Shown in pieces: positions 12,638 through 24,880 of a stretch of DNA of 64,000 nt. Origin of the DNA: Massalongia carnosa (taxonomy: Eukaryota). The notes under the pieces were generated by a model, which worked only from the letters and a program-made list of their open reading frames with translations, was not told where the DNA came from and ran no database searches. The translations under genes were made by a program, and so were the position numbers. Location of the stretch: assembly GCA_965645245.1 (NCBI GenBank), contig OZ287074.1, positions 1,612,001 to 1,676,000 on the forward strand, written 5' to 3'. Positions within the stretch are counted from its first letter, which is position 1. Each line of letters opens with the position of its first letter.

Positions 12638-13123
12638 TGTAATAGGGTAGGCCTAGTATGCGTTCGTTGAACGTAAGACTGGCCTATGTGGCTATGTGGG
12701 ATACGTACAGCCAAAACAACCACCAAGACAATAAGGTCCCGCCTAACCCAGTTAGGCATAGTGTGGGGACTTAACTTATTATGGAGGTGTTTTCGTAGTA
12801 CACGAAGTATCCCCTCGCCTCGCCTCACCTCCCCTAGCTCACCTGCCTAGTCTTATCTACCCGTGTCTTTCGGTGTCCGAAGTATTTCGGAGTCCGAAAA
12901 TACCAGGTAGTATGGGCAAGGTATGGAAGAAGAGCTTAGGTTATGGATTGTCCTATCCTATATAGATCAATGATCAAGCACTTCAAAAGGGTAGCATTTA
13001 GTCTACCCTTTGACCCGACCCTACCTTAATTTGTACCTCTATTGTAACCATCACGTTGTGTAGCCCCTGTGGATCCCATCTTCCAGTAGTGAATGCCTGC
13101 TGGGAGAAGGTCTCCCCGTTTCA
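12638..13123 (+). repeat. Gypsy-A 3' LTR
   Basis: 486 bp direct repeat preceded by the PPT. Confidence 0.97.
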
Positions 13124-15423
13124 ACATCATACATAACTGGTGGAATTAGAAAATTCAACAAGCAATTCGATCAGAAAATCTTGTCAAATGGTTGAAATTA
13201 AACAGGTGTAGTATGATAAACACACCTGACTTATGTACATACTACGCCCATTCTGGAAGTTCTTCATCTGTTATTGATTTAACTTTTGCAAATTCTAAAA
13301 TCGAAAATGCAATTACAAATTGGTCAATCGATTTAAACGCAGTCACAGGTTCTGATCATGAAGTCATCCGATTTGAACTAATCGCATCTTTCAAAAACTT
13401 GACGTCACATGCAACCGCATTATCGAATAAATACAATTGCAATAAAGCCGATTGGAATAAATTCGCGAAGTATCTAGACGAAAATTCAACTATCTACGAA
13501 TCATAAGTTCAAAGTTTTTTGAATAATCATCAATTCGATGAATCAGCGATATATTTGCAAAACGTTATCAAAAACGCGGCTGAAATGTTTATTCCGAAAA
13601 CGAAAATTTGTGCAAAATCGAAAAATTGGTGGTCGCAAGATTTAACTGAACTTCGAAAAATCATGTGCAGACATCGTCGAGAATGGAAGAATTATCCGTC
13701 CGATTTTAGTCATCGGACGTTTAAACATAGTCGAATCGAGTATTTTCATGCAATTCGAAAAGCAAAACAACAAGCATGGTTGACTTTTCTAGAAAATGCA
13801 GCAAATAAAGATGTATTTACCGCATATAAATACACTAAACCGCGCATATTCGAAAAAATATCCCCGATTCTACATGAAAACAAGCTAAATGTTCAGTTTG
13901 ATGACAAATGCGATGCATTTGTGTCAGCAATGTATACAAAAAACCCATTTATTGACGATAATGAGGAAGATTTATCAAATCAAGACAGCGAAAATGATGA
14001 TAATTGGCCAGACTTGACCGAAAACGAGTTGAAAAATGCGATTAGTTTATTTAATCCGAAGAAAGCATGTGGACCTGATGCAATCAATTTTACAATTGTT
14101 CAAAAATCGTTTCAATCGTTGAAAAACGTGTTTTTCATGATATATTCGAAATTCATTCGAATCGGTTATCACCCGTTATGCTGGCGGACAGGACTCGGTG
14201 CAGTTCTGAAAAAACCTAATAAATCAGACTATTCGTTTCCAAAATCATATCGAATTATCACATTACTAAATTGTCTTGGTAAAATTGCTGAGAAAATCGT
14301 TGCAAATCGACTAGCCTACTTCGGCGAAAATTCGAATTTACTCGATATCGAACAGATGGGCGGACGCAAAAATCATTCTGCAATTGACGCAGTAATGAAC
14401 GTTGTTCATGATATTGAAATTGCAAATAGAAATAAAAACGTCTTATCATGTTTATTACTCGATGTCAAAGGCGCATTTGACTTTGTCTCGATTAATCAAC
14501 TGCTAAATGTTATGAAAAAGCTGAAATTATCTCGCATAATAATTCAATGGGTGACCTCACCGCAGATCGAAACACAAGTACCGCAACTTTTGATAATCTA
14601 TAACTTTTACAGTCAATTTGGCCTCTATTTCTCAGTCATTTGAGCTCCTCCAGAACAAAAACGGACTCACATTGAGTGTAGGAGAGCTCAGGCAAAGCTC
14701 CAGCAGAGATTTTCTGCTGGTCGCACGCGACCGACGTGATAAAGCGCGCTCAAGAAGTTATAAAAAACAACAAATACCAACAACATCACCAAAAATCGCC
14801 CTTTTTTCTCACTTTCTTCTGTTCTGTTGTCGCATTTTCCTCAATTATTACTACAAGAATTATCTACAAAAAATATCTACTGTCGCGGTACTGTACAACA
14901 ACTGTCGCGACGACAAACTTTTTTGAAGCTCATTTCTCATTTAAGGTTACGGGAACTTCCGCTAGGACAAATTTTCACAGTATATTTCACGTATAATTTC
15001 TGCATATACCATTTTAGGCTTTATCGATCTCCATTGAACGGCCGGTCAACAGATCACTGAAAAGAAGGGGAAAAACGTCTGGAATAGGATTATACCAAAG
15101 GTCCTGTTTCAGATTAATCAGAATAGGAAGTCTCTTATTATCTTACCTTGCCTTAGATCTATTTTTATCGAAAAAAAAAATGTTTCATTATTTTCAACTA
15201 TTGTAGTGTCTGGTAAAGGGTTAAATAAGATTTACTGCCTAAGCGAGGAACGGTCTACTTTAACCCGATAAGGATTTATTTGACTTGTTATTGTCAATTA
15301 AATAGGGATAGGAAAGAAAGAGTTATTTGACCAGTAAATCGGTGTAATTTCTATTCAGACTAGTACGTCTGGGGAACGTCAGAAAAAACTATTTGGTGGT
15401 GATAAAAGGGATATAGAAAAGGC

Positions 15424-17070
15424 ATGTTCAACCAGGTAATCAACCCGGTAACCAACTCGGCACTTCCTAGAAATAGGCGATTTTTGGCGAGACCAACCCC
15501 CCAAGGCCCCCTACCTAGAAATTTATCGGCCCCCCCGAGTACTCCCCCGGGTCCTCCCCGAAACGACTCTCCCGCGCCATCTTCAGTAGCCATGATAGGG
15601 AGCTCACCCCCATCCGACGAGTTTATAGAAGCTATGGACCAGTCAGGGAAATTTTCGTCCGCCCCCTCCACACCGACCCCTAAAGCGAAGGCGTTCATTG
15701 CTCCATCTGGTGAATTTACTACTAATTTACCTATGCCGTCATTTAATTCGAATATTGGATTAAGCCCGCCAATCAAACGCAATAAAAGAAGAACATTTGA
15801 CGAGTATTCGATTCAAAGTCAAGAAGTCATCAATCGAACGAAATCAATTCAACTATTGAATACAGCTAAAAACGCACTATTGGAGTCATTCGTATTAGAT
15901 CAAAATCCCGAAACGGCTATTGTCATTGATAACATCAACTCTCTACTGATAAAGAAAACAATCAAGCCTAAAGCAACGCTGGAAATGATTGATTGGAAAT
16001 TGAATAGGGTGCTAGAACAAACTAGCAAAATTCCAGAAACAACGGAACAATCGGTGCGACCTACGCAAGCAAATTCGAATGGAAATTCGAATTTGACTAA
16101 AAACGTCAAACAAGCCATTCGGAGGGGAACCGCCGAGGTCCCGGGGCCGCAGGTCAACGAGTCAACTAAAACATGGAGTCAAATGCTCGGAAGAGCAACC
16201 TCTAATTCCGAAAATTGGACCACCGTTTCTCGAACGAAAAAATCGAATACTAATTCTAATTCAAACAAATTCGATAATACGGACGATTTCAACGCGATTA
16301 AATCAAGACGATTAATTATTACACCGAAAGCTCAAATCGGCGATATCGATTCATTGTTGCTTCGAAACCAAATCAATTCGCTTTTTAAAGACGCGAAATT
16401 GACTATCGTTGTCAACACGGTCGAAAAGTCCAAAACGGGACAAAACATCGTTCTGACTACTAGTCCAGAGAACACTGCTGAAGATTTATTGAACAATAAA
16501 TCAATATGGGAGCATTTATTTGACCCACGAACAGTTCGAAAGGATGAATCGTGGTTTAAAGTAATCGCGCATGGCATAAATATTGCAACATTTGATGAAA
16601 ACATGCAATATTTGCAGGATGAAATTCAAAAGTTCAATTCGAACATGCAATTATGCGATATTCCAAGATGGCTAGCACGTGATCGTCAAAACAAGATCAA
16701 ATCGTCTGTTGTTTTGACGTTCAATGATCGAAATATGGCTTTGAACGCGTTGAAAGGAGTAAATATCGCGGGAAGACACTGTGACACGGAAATATTTACC
16801 TCCGTTCGACCAAATACGCAATGCATCAATTGCCAAAAATTTGGCCACAAGCATTATCAATGCAAAAATCAAGCGAAATGCAATATATGTGCACAAAATC
16901 ATGAAACTCACAATCATGAATGCACAACTTGCAAATCCAAAATCGCGTGTGCACATGTCGTCGTCAAATGCGTCAATTGCAATCTAAATCATCAGTCAAA
17001 TGATGAACGATGTGAAATGATTGCATCGTTAAACGTTCGAAAATCGACTGACGAATTATCCGTGTTGTAA
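15424..17070 (+). CDS. LINE-B ORF1 (gag-like, three CCHC knuckles), 548 aa
   Basis: Open ORF, close paralogue of 4475-6133. Confidence 0.93.
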   Translation: MFNQVINPVTNSALPRNRRFLARPTPQGPLPRNLSAPPSTPPGPPRNDSPAPSSVAMIGSSPPSDEFIEAMDQSGKFSSAPSTPTPKAKAFIAPSGEFTTNLPMPSFNSNIGLSPPIKRNKRRTFDEYSIQSQEVINRTKSIQLLNTAKNALLESFVLDQNPETAIVIDNINSLLIKKTIKPKATLEMIDWKLNRVLEQTSKIPETTEQSVRPTQANSNGNSNLTKNVKQAIRRGTAEVPGPQVNESTKTWSQMLGRATSNSENWTTVSRTKKSNTNSNSNKFDNTDDFNAIKSRRLIITPKAQIGDIDSLLLRNQINSLFKDAKLTIVVNTVEKSKTGQNIVLTTSPENTAEDLLNNKSIWEHLFDPRTVRKDESWFKVIAHGINIATFDENMQYLQDEIQKFNSNMQLCDIPRWLARDRQNKIKSSVVLTFNDRNMALNALKGVNIAGRHCDTEIFTSVRPNTQCINCQKFGHKHYQCKNQAKCNICAQNHETHNHECTTCKSKIACAHVVVKCVNCNLNHQSNDERCEMIASLNVRKSTDELSVL

Positions 17071-20000
17071 TGGCAGGACAACATTCGTTGACAAACATCG
17101 AAAATACACAAAATGTCAAATTTATTCAACACAATTGTGCAAAGTCAACGAATGCAATGATTTCGTGTCTGGAATACGCAGTATTAAATCAAATTGATAT
17201 TGTTTTATTTCAGGAACCTTGGACACGCGATCAAAAAACTATTTCTCATCCGTCATTCACATGCATTATGCCGAAAATAGCAGCTTATCGCTCGAGAGTA
17301 GCTTTATTTGTCACTAAATGCAATTCGAAACTACAATGCACGCCTAGAACGGATCTTATTGACGATCCCGATATGCAAATTATCCAGATTACAATTGATG
17401 ATATTCGAAAAGTACAGATTATCAACATTTACAATGAAAAAAGTCAAAACGATCGAGAAACATATACAATCGACCGACTAATAGTCAAATATCAACCTAC
17501 ATTCAATGATCAATTCGTAATATGTGGAGATTTCAATGCACATCATAACTGGTGGAATTCGAAAATTCAGCATGCAATTCGATCTGAAAATCTAGTGAAA
17601 TGGTTAAAATCAAAAAAGTGTAGTTTGATTAATACGTCTGATTTATGTACATTTTACGCCCATTCTGGAAGTTCTTCATCTGTTATTGATTTAACATTTG
17701 CAAATTCTAAAATCGAAAATGCAATAACAAATTGGTCAATCGATGAAAACGCAGTCACAGGTTCAGATCATGAAGTCATTCGATTTGAATTAATCGCATC
17801 TTTCAAGAATTTGACGACACATGCAACCGCATTATCAAACAAATACAATTGCAATAAAGCCGATTGGGACAAGTTCGCGAAGTTTCTAGATGAAAATTCA
17901 ATAAACTACGAAACACAGGTTCAAAGTTTATTGAATAATCATCAATTCGACGAATCAGCGATCTATTTGCAAGATATTATTAAAGACGCAGCTGAAATGT
18001 TTATTCCGAAGACCAAAATATGTGCAAAATCAAAAAATTGGTGGTCGCAAGATTTAACTGAACTCCGAAAAATTATGTCTAGACATCGTCGAGAATGGAA
18101 GAATTATCCCTCCGATTTTAGTCATAGAACCTTTAAACATAGCCGAATCGAATATTTTCATGCAATTCGAAAAGCAAAACAACAAACTTGGTTGACTTTT
18201 CTAGAAAATGCAGCGAATAAAGACGTATTTACAGCGTATAAATACACTAAACCGCGCATATTCGAAAAAATACCACCAATTCAATATGAAAATAAGTTAA
18301 ATGTTCAATTCGATGACAAATGCGATGCATTTGTTGCAGCAATGTACACAAAAAACCTATTTATAGACGATAATGTCGAAGACTTATCGAATCAAGACAA
18401 CGAAGATGACAATAATTGGCCGGATTTGACCGAAAACGAGTTGCAAAATGCGATTAGTTTGTTTAATCCGAAAAAAGCATGTGGCCCTGATGCAATCAAC
18501 TTTACAATTGTTCAAAAATCGTTTCAATCGTTGAAAAACGTGTTTTTTATGATTTATTCAAAATTCATTCAAACCGGTTATCATCCGTTATGCTGGCGGA
18601 CAGGACTCGGTGCAGTTTTGAAAAAACCTAATAAATCAGATTATTCGCTGCCAAAATCATATCGGGTTATCACTTTACTAAACTGTCTTGGTAAAATTGC
18701 TGAGAAAATCGTTGCAAATCGCCTTGCCTACTTCGGCGAAAATTCGAATTTATTAGACATCGAACAGATGGGCGGACGCAAAAATCACTCTGCAATTGAC
18801 GCAGTAATGACCGTCGTTCATGATATCGAAATAGCGAACCGAAAAAAGAACGTTTTATCATGTTTATTACTCGACATCAAAGGCGCATTTGACTTTGTAT
18901 CGATTAATCAGCTGTTAAATGTCATGAAAAATCTGAAATTATCTCGCATAGTTATTCAATGGGTCAAAAATTTTATGACAAAACGATCGGTCAATCTAAT
19001 ATTCGATGAAAATAAAAGCAAAACCTATTATGTCGAATCAGGAATTCCACAAGGCTCACCTATTTCGCCGATATTATTTTCGATCTACATTCGTCACTTA
19101 TTTCCGAAAGTACGAATGAAATTCAATGCACATTCTCCTAGTTTTATAGACGATGTTGCAATATATGTCGAAAATAAAACTGCAAAACAGAATTGCAAAG
19201 AAATCGAAATCATAGTAAAAACTGCATTTGATTGGGCCGCATCGAATAATGTCAAATTTGACGACGAAAAATCCGAACTGATTCACTTCGAAAAGACAAG
19301 AAATGCATCGAAAGACACACTGCAATTACCAAACGGAACTATACTGGAACCGAAAAATGTAGTCAAATGGTTGGGAATCTGGCTAGATCGAAAACTGAAT
19401 TACAAAAAACACGTCGAAACTCGAATTTCTTCTGCAAATCGGTCATTCTTTGGGATTCAAAATTTGATGAAATCAGATTGGGGTCTTAAACCGACTGCAT
19501 GTAGACAGCTTTATTTGTCATGCATCGTTCCTATTTCGGATTATGGTTCAGAAATTTGGAACAATGGTCAACAGAAATATGAGAAACTATTTCAGAATTT
19601 GCAAAATCGTATTATTCGAAAGATTTTAGGAACATTCAAAACCACACCTGTTCAGGCGATGGAAATTGAATCACATATTCTACCAGTCAAACTACGATTA
19701 TTGATGAAAAATAAAAAATATGCTATTCGATTGTTGAAGATTGCCGAAAATAATCCCATTTGTCAAAGAATTCCAAACACATATTCGATGAAATTCGAAA
19801 ACATCGGTTTTGATACTAGCTTATGGAACAACAAATATGCCGAATGGAACGAAGACGAAAAACAAACAAATAAACGACATCCTAGTCAGCTTATTCGTGT
19901 TTTGCACTCCGTTTCGGACATAGTTCACAAAACTGATGAATTCGAACAATCAAATAACTTCATAAAACCATGGAAGTCGTCGTGTAAAATCGAATTTCAA

Positions 20001-21083
20001 ATCGAAAAGTCAAAAGAAACAGCAAAATCAAGTTATTATTCGACTTTATCCAAAATTCAATCTATGAATTCCGAAATATCACGAATATTACTTTATACGG
20101 ATGGATCAAAAGTAGAATTTGCAACTTCTGCGGTCACATTCGCACCAATTATGCGAAAATGGAACAATTTTATCGATGATTTCGATCACTTTATCGAAAA
20201 AGATTGCCTTATCCAACATCATACAATTTCGAAAAGCTGGAAATTGAGCAAACAGTCAAGCATTAAAAATGCTGAACTTCATGCGATTTTACAAGCAGTC
20301 AAATGGGTATACAAGTTAACGAACGAGAATATATTATCGAATTTAGAAAAAACAATATGAATTTTTTCCGATAGTTTGAACGCGATAAACGAAAATCAAC
20401 ATTTAACAAATCATATTTATGCGAAGCAAATTCGAAAAATTGCAAAATGTTTATACGAAAACAACTATCAGATAATTCTGCAATGGATCCCTAGTCATTC
20501 GAAAATTATCGAAAATGAAATTGCAGACAAAACGGCGAAAGCAGGACACAGTCAAATCATAGCGGAGTCCTCGGCGATCACATTTGACTACTTGAAAAGT
20601 CAAATTCATCAAAATACGCTAAACACATGGACGAATCAATGGCAACGATGCAGGTCAAAAGGCAAACATTACGAGAAATTTGACATGCAACCTGGCAAAT
20701 CGAGCTTTTATCATTTGTCAAACAATTGTTCGAAAATGATATTTGCTACGATTATGCAGCTGAAATTCGGACACGGTTATTTTCGTTCATATCTATATCG
20801 ATTGAAAGATTACAATTCGTCAAAATGCACGAATAGATGCAACGAACGTCAAACGCCAGAACATCTATTGTTGAACTGCAATCACTATTTTGAAGAAATT
20901 CAAATAATGAATCAAAGTATCGATACTACAATCAATTTGAACATTTTATTCAATACCAAAATTGGAAATGACATTTTGATAAAGTTTATTGCCAAAAACA
21001 AAATCGCTACTAGAAAATGGATACTAGGTCAGCTAGAAGACGAAATTGTCGAAACGGGAGGTTGGGGAGAGATCGAACAGTAA
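17070..21083 (+). CDS. LINE-B ORF2 (APE-RT-RNase H-CCHC); one premature TGA at 20358-20360
   Basis: 1096-aa ORF plus in-frame continuation to 21083; the stop replaces the Trp of KTIWIFSDS seen in LINE-A. Confidence 0.92.
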
Positions 21084-24000
21084 AATCAGAATTGATTCAT
21101 GCTGAAACACTTACGAACTTTACAAAGACAAATTGTAAAATCGAAAATTCGATTACTATAGGTTGTTACTAACACGGAGTAAAAACGGGGAAAAATTGAA
21201 GATTCATAGATGGGTTATAAAGGGTTGATTTATTTGTATTATAGAAATATATCTTAAAATAGTTTAGTGTCATAACCTTAGGTTGAATACACTCAATGAA
21301 TAAATAAAAAAAAAAAATTCAATGGGTCAAGCATTTCATGACAAAACGATGGATCAATTTGATATTTGATGAAAATTTAAGCAAAACATATTATGTCGAA
21401 TCAGGAATTCCACCAGGCTCACCAATCTCGCCTATTCTATTTCTGATTTACATTCGTCACTTGTTTCCGAAAATACGAATGAAATTCAATGCACATTCTC
21501 CCAGTTTTATTGACGATGTTGCAATATATGTCGGAAATAAAACTGCAAAACAGAATTGCAAAGAAATCGAAATCATAGTCAAAACGGCCTTTGATTGGGC
21601 CGCATCTAATAATGTCAAATTTGATGACGATAAATCCGAGCTGATTCACTTCGAAAAGACAAGAAATGTATCGAAAGACACATTGGAATTACCAAACGGG
21701 ACAGTACTAGAACCGAAAAATGTAGTCAAATGGTTGGGCGTCTGGTTAGACCGAAAACTAAATTTCAAAAAACACGTCGAAACGCGGATCTCTTCTGCGA
21801 ATCGATCGTTTTTTGCAATTCAGAATTTAATGAAATCCGAATGGGGTCTGAAACCGACGGCATGCAGACAGCTCTATATGTCATGCATTATTCCTATTTC
21901 GGACTACGGCTCAGAAATTTGGTATAATGGTCAAAAGAAATATGAAAAACTATTTCAGAACCTACAAAATCAAATGATTCGAAAGATTTTAGGAACATTC
22001 AAAACCACACCTGTTCAGGCGATGGAAATTGAATCACATGTTTTACCAGTTAAACTTCGATTATTAATGAAAAATAAAAAATACGCAATTCGATTATTGA
22101 AGATTGCCGAAAATAACCCTATTTGTCAAAGAATTCCAAAAACATATTCGATAAAATTCGAAAATATCGGTTTTGACACAAGTTTATGGAACAACAAATA
22201 TGCCGAATGGAACGAAGACGAAAAACAAACAAATAAACGACATCCTAGTCAGCTTATTCGCGTTCTTCATTCCGTTTACGACATAGTTCACAAAACTGAT
22301 GAATTTGAACAATCAAATCATTTTATTAAACCTTGGAAATCGCCTTGCAAAATCAAATTTCAAATCGAAAATACCAAGGAATCTGCTAAATCAAGTTATT
22401 ATTCGACCTTATCCAAAATTTAATCAATGAACTCCGATAAATCCCGAGTTTTACTTTATACAGATGGATCGAAAATCGAATTTGCGACGTCTGCAGTCAC
22501 ATTTGCTCCAATTATAAGAAATTGGAGTAATATTATCAATAATTTTAATCGATTTATCGAAAAAGATTGTCAGATCAAGTATCATACGATTTCGAAAAGC
22601 TGGAAATTAAGCAAACAGTCAAGCATTAAAAATGCTGAACTGCATGCGATTTTACAAGCAATGAAATGGGTCTATAAATTGTCGAATACTAATATTTTAT
22701 CGAACTTAGAAAAAACGATTTGGATTTTTTCTGATAGTATAAACGCGATAAACGAAATTCAGAACTTGACAAATCATATTTTCGCCAGACAAATTCGAAA
22801 GCTCGCAAAACTCTTATTTGAAAGCAATTTTCAGGTGATTTTGCAATGGGTTCCGAGTCATTCAAATATTACCGAAAACGAAATTACAGACAAAATAGCA
22901 AAGACGGGCCATAATCAAATCCTAGTCGAGTCCTCGGCGATAACATTTGATTATGTAAAAGATCAAATAAATCAAAATATGCTAACCACATGGACGAATC
23001 AATGGCAACATTGCAAATCAAAAGGCAAATACTACGAGAAATTCGAAATGAAACCTGGCATATCGAGATTTTATTATTTATCAAACAACTGTTCCAAATT
23101 GATATTTGCTACTATTATGCAATTAAAATTCGGACACGGCTATTTTCGATCATATTTACAGCGATTGAAAAATTATAACTCGTCAAAATGCACAAATCGA
23201 TGCAATCAACGACAAACGCCAGAACACTTGTTATTGAATTGCATTCACTATTTCGATGAAATTCAAAACATGAAACAAAATATCGATACCACGATCAACT
23301 TCAATATTTTGTTTAATACAAAAATCGGAAATGACATTTTGATTAAATTCATTGTCAATAACAAAATCGCGACAAGAAAATGGATACTAGGTCAGCTTGA
23401 TGACGAGATTTTCGAAACTGGAGGTTGGGGAGAGATCGAACAGTAAAATCAGAAACGATTTATGCTGAAACATTCACTAACTTACAAAGACAAATTTTAA
23501 AATCGATATTCTTCGATTACTATAGGTTGTTACTAACACGGAGTAAAAATGGGGAAAAATTGACAATACATAGATGGGTTATAAAGGGTTGATTCATTTG
23601 TAATATAGAAACATATCCTAAAATAGTTTAGTGTCATAAACTTAGGTTGAATACACTTAATGAATAAATAAATAAAAAAATGAACGGTGCAGACGGTGCA
23701 GATATAGTAACCGGTAGTGACACGGCGACTGCTGGACAAATAGGCAGCAATTCTGGACAGTTTGTATGGGCCACATAGGCCTTTTGTGCCCCATATTTCG
23801 CTAATAATCCCTCCATGCTCATGTATGACCTTGTTGATGCAACCGAAGCAGTTGATGATGATACTGACGGTGCTGATGAACTGACAGACGATGCCCTCGA
23901 CACGGAGATTGACCGGCGCTGTCTCGGCAGATGACGTCGCTTTCGCTTGCTCATAGGTGCGCTGGGTGAAGAAGAAGAAGCAGATAAAGATGAAGATGTA

Positions 24001-24528
24001 GATGGAGGTGTACTAGTGCTAGAGGTTGGTGCACTAGTAGTGGACGTGGAAGTGGACGACTCGAACGACTCGGACGACTCGGAGGCATAAACGGATACTA
24101 TTTTGGTAGGCCTACCACGTTTCGCTCGATTATAGATAGTGTCGCTGTCGTTGACGTGCTCGTTTTGATGGTAGTGGAGTAGGTGAGGTCGGACTAGTAC
24201 TCTCGGACACGGTCGCATTGGCCCAAATGCAGAAGGTAAAACACGAGGACATGGCCATCAGTGCAGTGAATAGAACGACTAGCTATTCCCAGAAATAGAC
24301 GTCTGGAACGCATGCAGTCGGTAAAACGGTAACGGTAGCGGTAGCGGAGGTCGAAAAGGTGAAAAAGCTGGTAGGGGCCATAATGCTTGATTTGATGTGG
24401 GAGGACTCGATCGTGCACGGTCGGAGGTGGAGTTGTCAGAGTTATCAGAGGTACAAAACAAGGAGGTTTTTCGACGTTTGATGCTCAGTTCAACCGCTCA
24501 ATTGCACCAGTACAATCATATATCGCAC

Positions 24529-24539
24529 CGTGGTCGCCA
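24529..24539 (-). promoter_or_regulatory. tRNA primer-binding site (TGGCGACCACG; tRNA-Arg-like)
   Basis: Begins with TGG immediately after the LTR end; complementary to a ...CGUGGUCG-CCA tRNA 3' end. The tRNA identity is an inference. Confidence 0.7.
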
Positions 24540-24540
24540 A

Positions 24541-24880
24541 TGAAGAAGGGTAGTTGTGCGTGCTAATGGAAGGTGGTGGTACGTGATGATAGTTTGCGAA
24601 CTGAGCAGTGAACATACACACAAACACACATAAACGTCTGAATAGACCTACGACTGCATAGACATGAAAAGAACTCGACGACTCAACGACTGAACGGCTA
24701 GTTGATGCACGAAATGAACGTGTGTCGATGACTACGTGACACGACGATAATGATGACAGCGTAGGTGATAGAAGATGATATCCGGAGATGATGAAGAAAA
24801 CGCCAGCAAAAAACCCGTTTTATCCCCACTCAGGCCTGCCATGTCACCTGACTATAGATGACACATGTCGCCCTACGATA
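24541..24880 (-). repeat. 5' LTR of the non-autonomous element
   Basis: Direct repeat of 1779-2126; outer dinucleotide mutated (TA instead of CA on plus). Confidence 0.85.

Larger units (their letters stand above)
6608..13123 (+). mobile_element. Gypsy-A: chromoviral Ty3/Gypsy LTR retrotransposon (coding-defective)
   Basis: LTRs 6608-7092 and 12638-13123 (TG...CA), 5-bp TSD ACATC, PPT AGGAGGGAGG, gag then RT-RH-IN-chromodomain. Confidence 0.97.
14553..21315 (+). mobile_element. LINE-B: full-length Tad1-like LINE of the same family as LINE-A, inserted in the LINE-A RT domain
   Basis: 12-bp TSD AATTCAATGGGT (14541-14552 / 21316-21327); poly(A) tail; 5' UTR collinear with LINE-A. Confidence 0.96.
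6133..23446 (+). pseudogene. LINE-A ORF2 (APE endonuclease-RT-RNase H-CCHC), disrupted
   Basis: Segments 6133-6607, 13129-14552 and 21328-23446 are collinear with LINE-B ORF2 (GDFNAH, GSDH, FIDD, YTDGSK), with several in-frame stops. Confidence 0.92.
3545..23679 (+). mobile_element. LINE-A: full-length Tad1-like non-LTR retrotransposon interrupted by a Gypsy and by LINE-B
   Basis: 14-bp TSD ATGAACGGTGCAGA (3531-3544 / 23680-23693); ~900-nt 5' UTR, ORF1, ORF2, 3' AATAAATAAATAAAAAAA tail. Confidence 0.95.
3254..24461 (-). pseudogene. Ser/Thr/Pro-rich internal ORF of the non-autonomous LTR element, split by LINE-A
   Basis: ORF 24218-23694 (...VTISAPSAPF) continues in frame across the LINE TSD into 3544-3254 (SAPFMSAPSTVPP...). 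The same frame extends upstream to 24461 across two stops. Confidence 0.65.
1779..24880 (-). mobile_element. Non-autonomous LTR retroelement (~2.95 kb once the nested LINE is removed), no recognisable pol
   Basis: Direct repeats 1779-2126 and 24541-24880; degenerate 4-bp TSD CCAT/CTAT; PBS TGGCGACCACG (24539-24529) one base after the 5' LTR; purine-rich AGGGTGTGAGA just before the 3' LTR. Confidence 0.85.

Noticed and set aside
13519..14643. ORF with an apparently novel C-terminus (...VTSPQIETQVPQ...)
   Set aside because: Chance read-through from LINE-A RT into the LINE-B 5' UTR at the insertion junction.
14618..15060. Possible ORF0/uORFs in the LINE 5' UTR
   Set aside because: Non-ATG or inconsistent starts and different stops among LINE-A, B and C; similarity is explained by nucleotide homology.
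15221..15245. TTAAATA...CCTAAGCG words reminiscent of the pistol ribozyme
   Set aside because: No upstream P1 hairpin with a TTAGG loop to form the pistol pseudoknot, and LINE-A differs at the motif.
20358..20360. Programmed readthrough at the TGA in LINE-B ORF2
   Set aside because: LINE-A and LINE-C have TGG at this codon, so it is a private nonsense mutation or sequencing error.
1779..24880. DIRS/Ngaro (tyrosine recombinase) or hammerhead retrozyme interpretation of the pol-less element
   Set aside because: TG..CA LTRs, PBS and TSD fit an integrase-type element; no split repeats, recombinase motif or hammerhead core was seen by eye.
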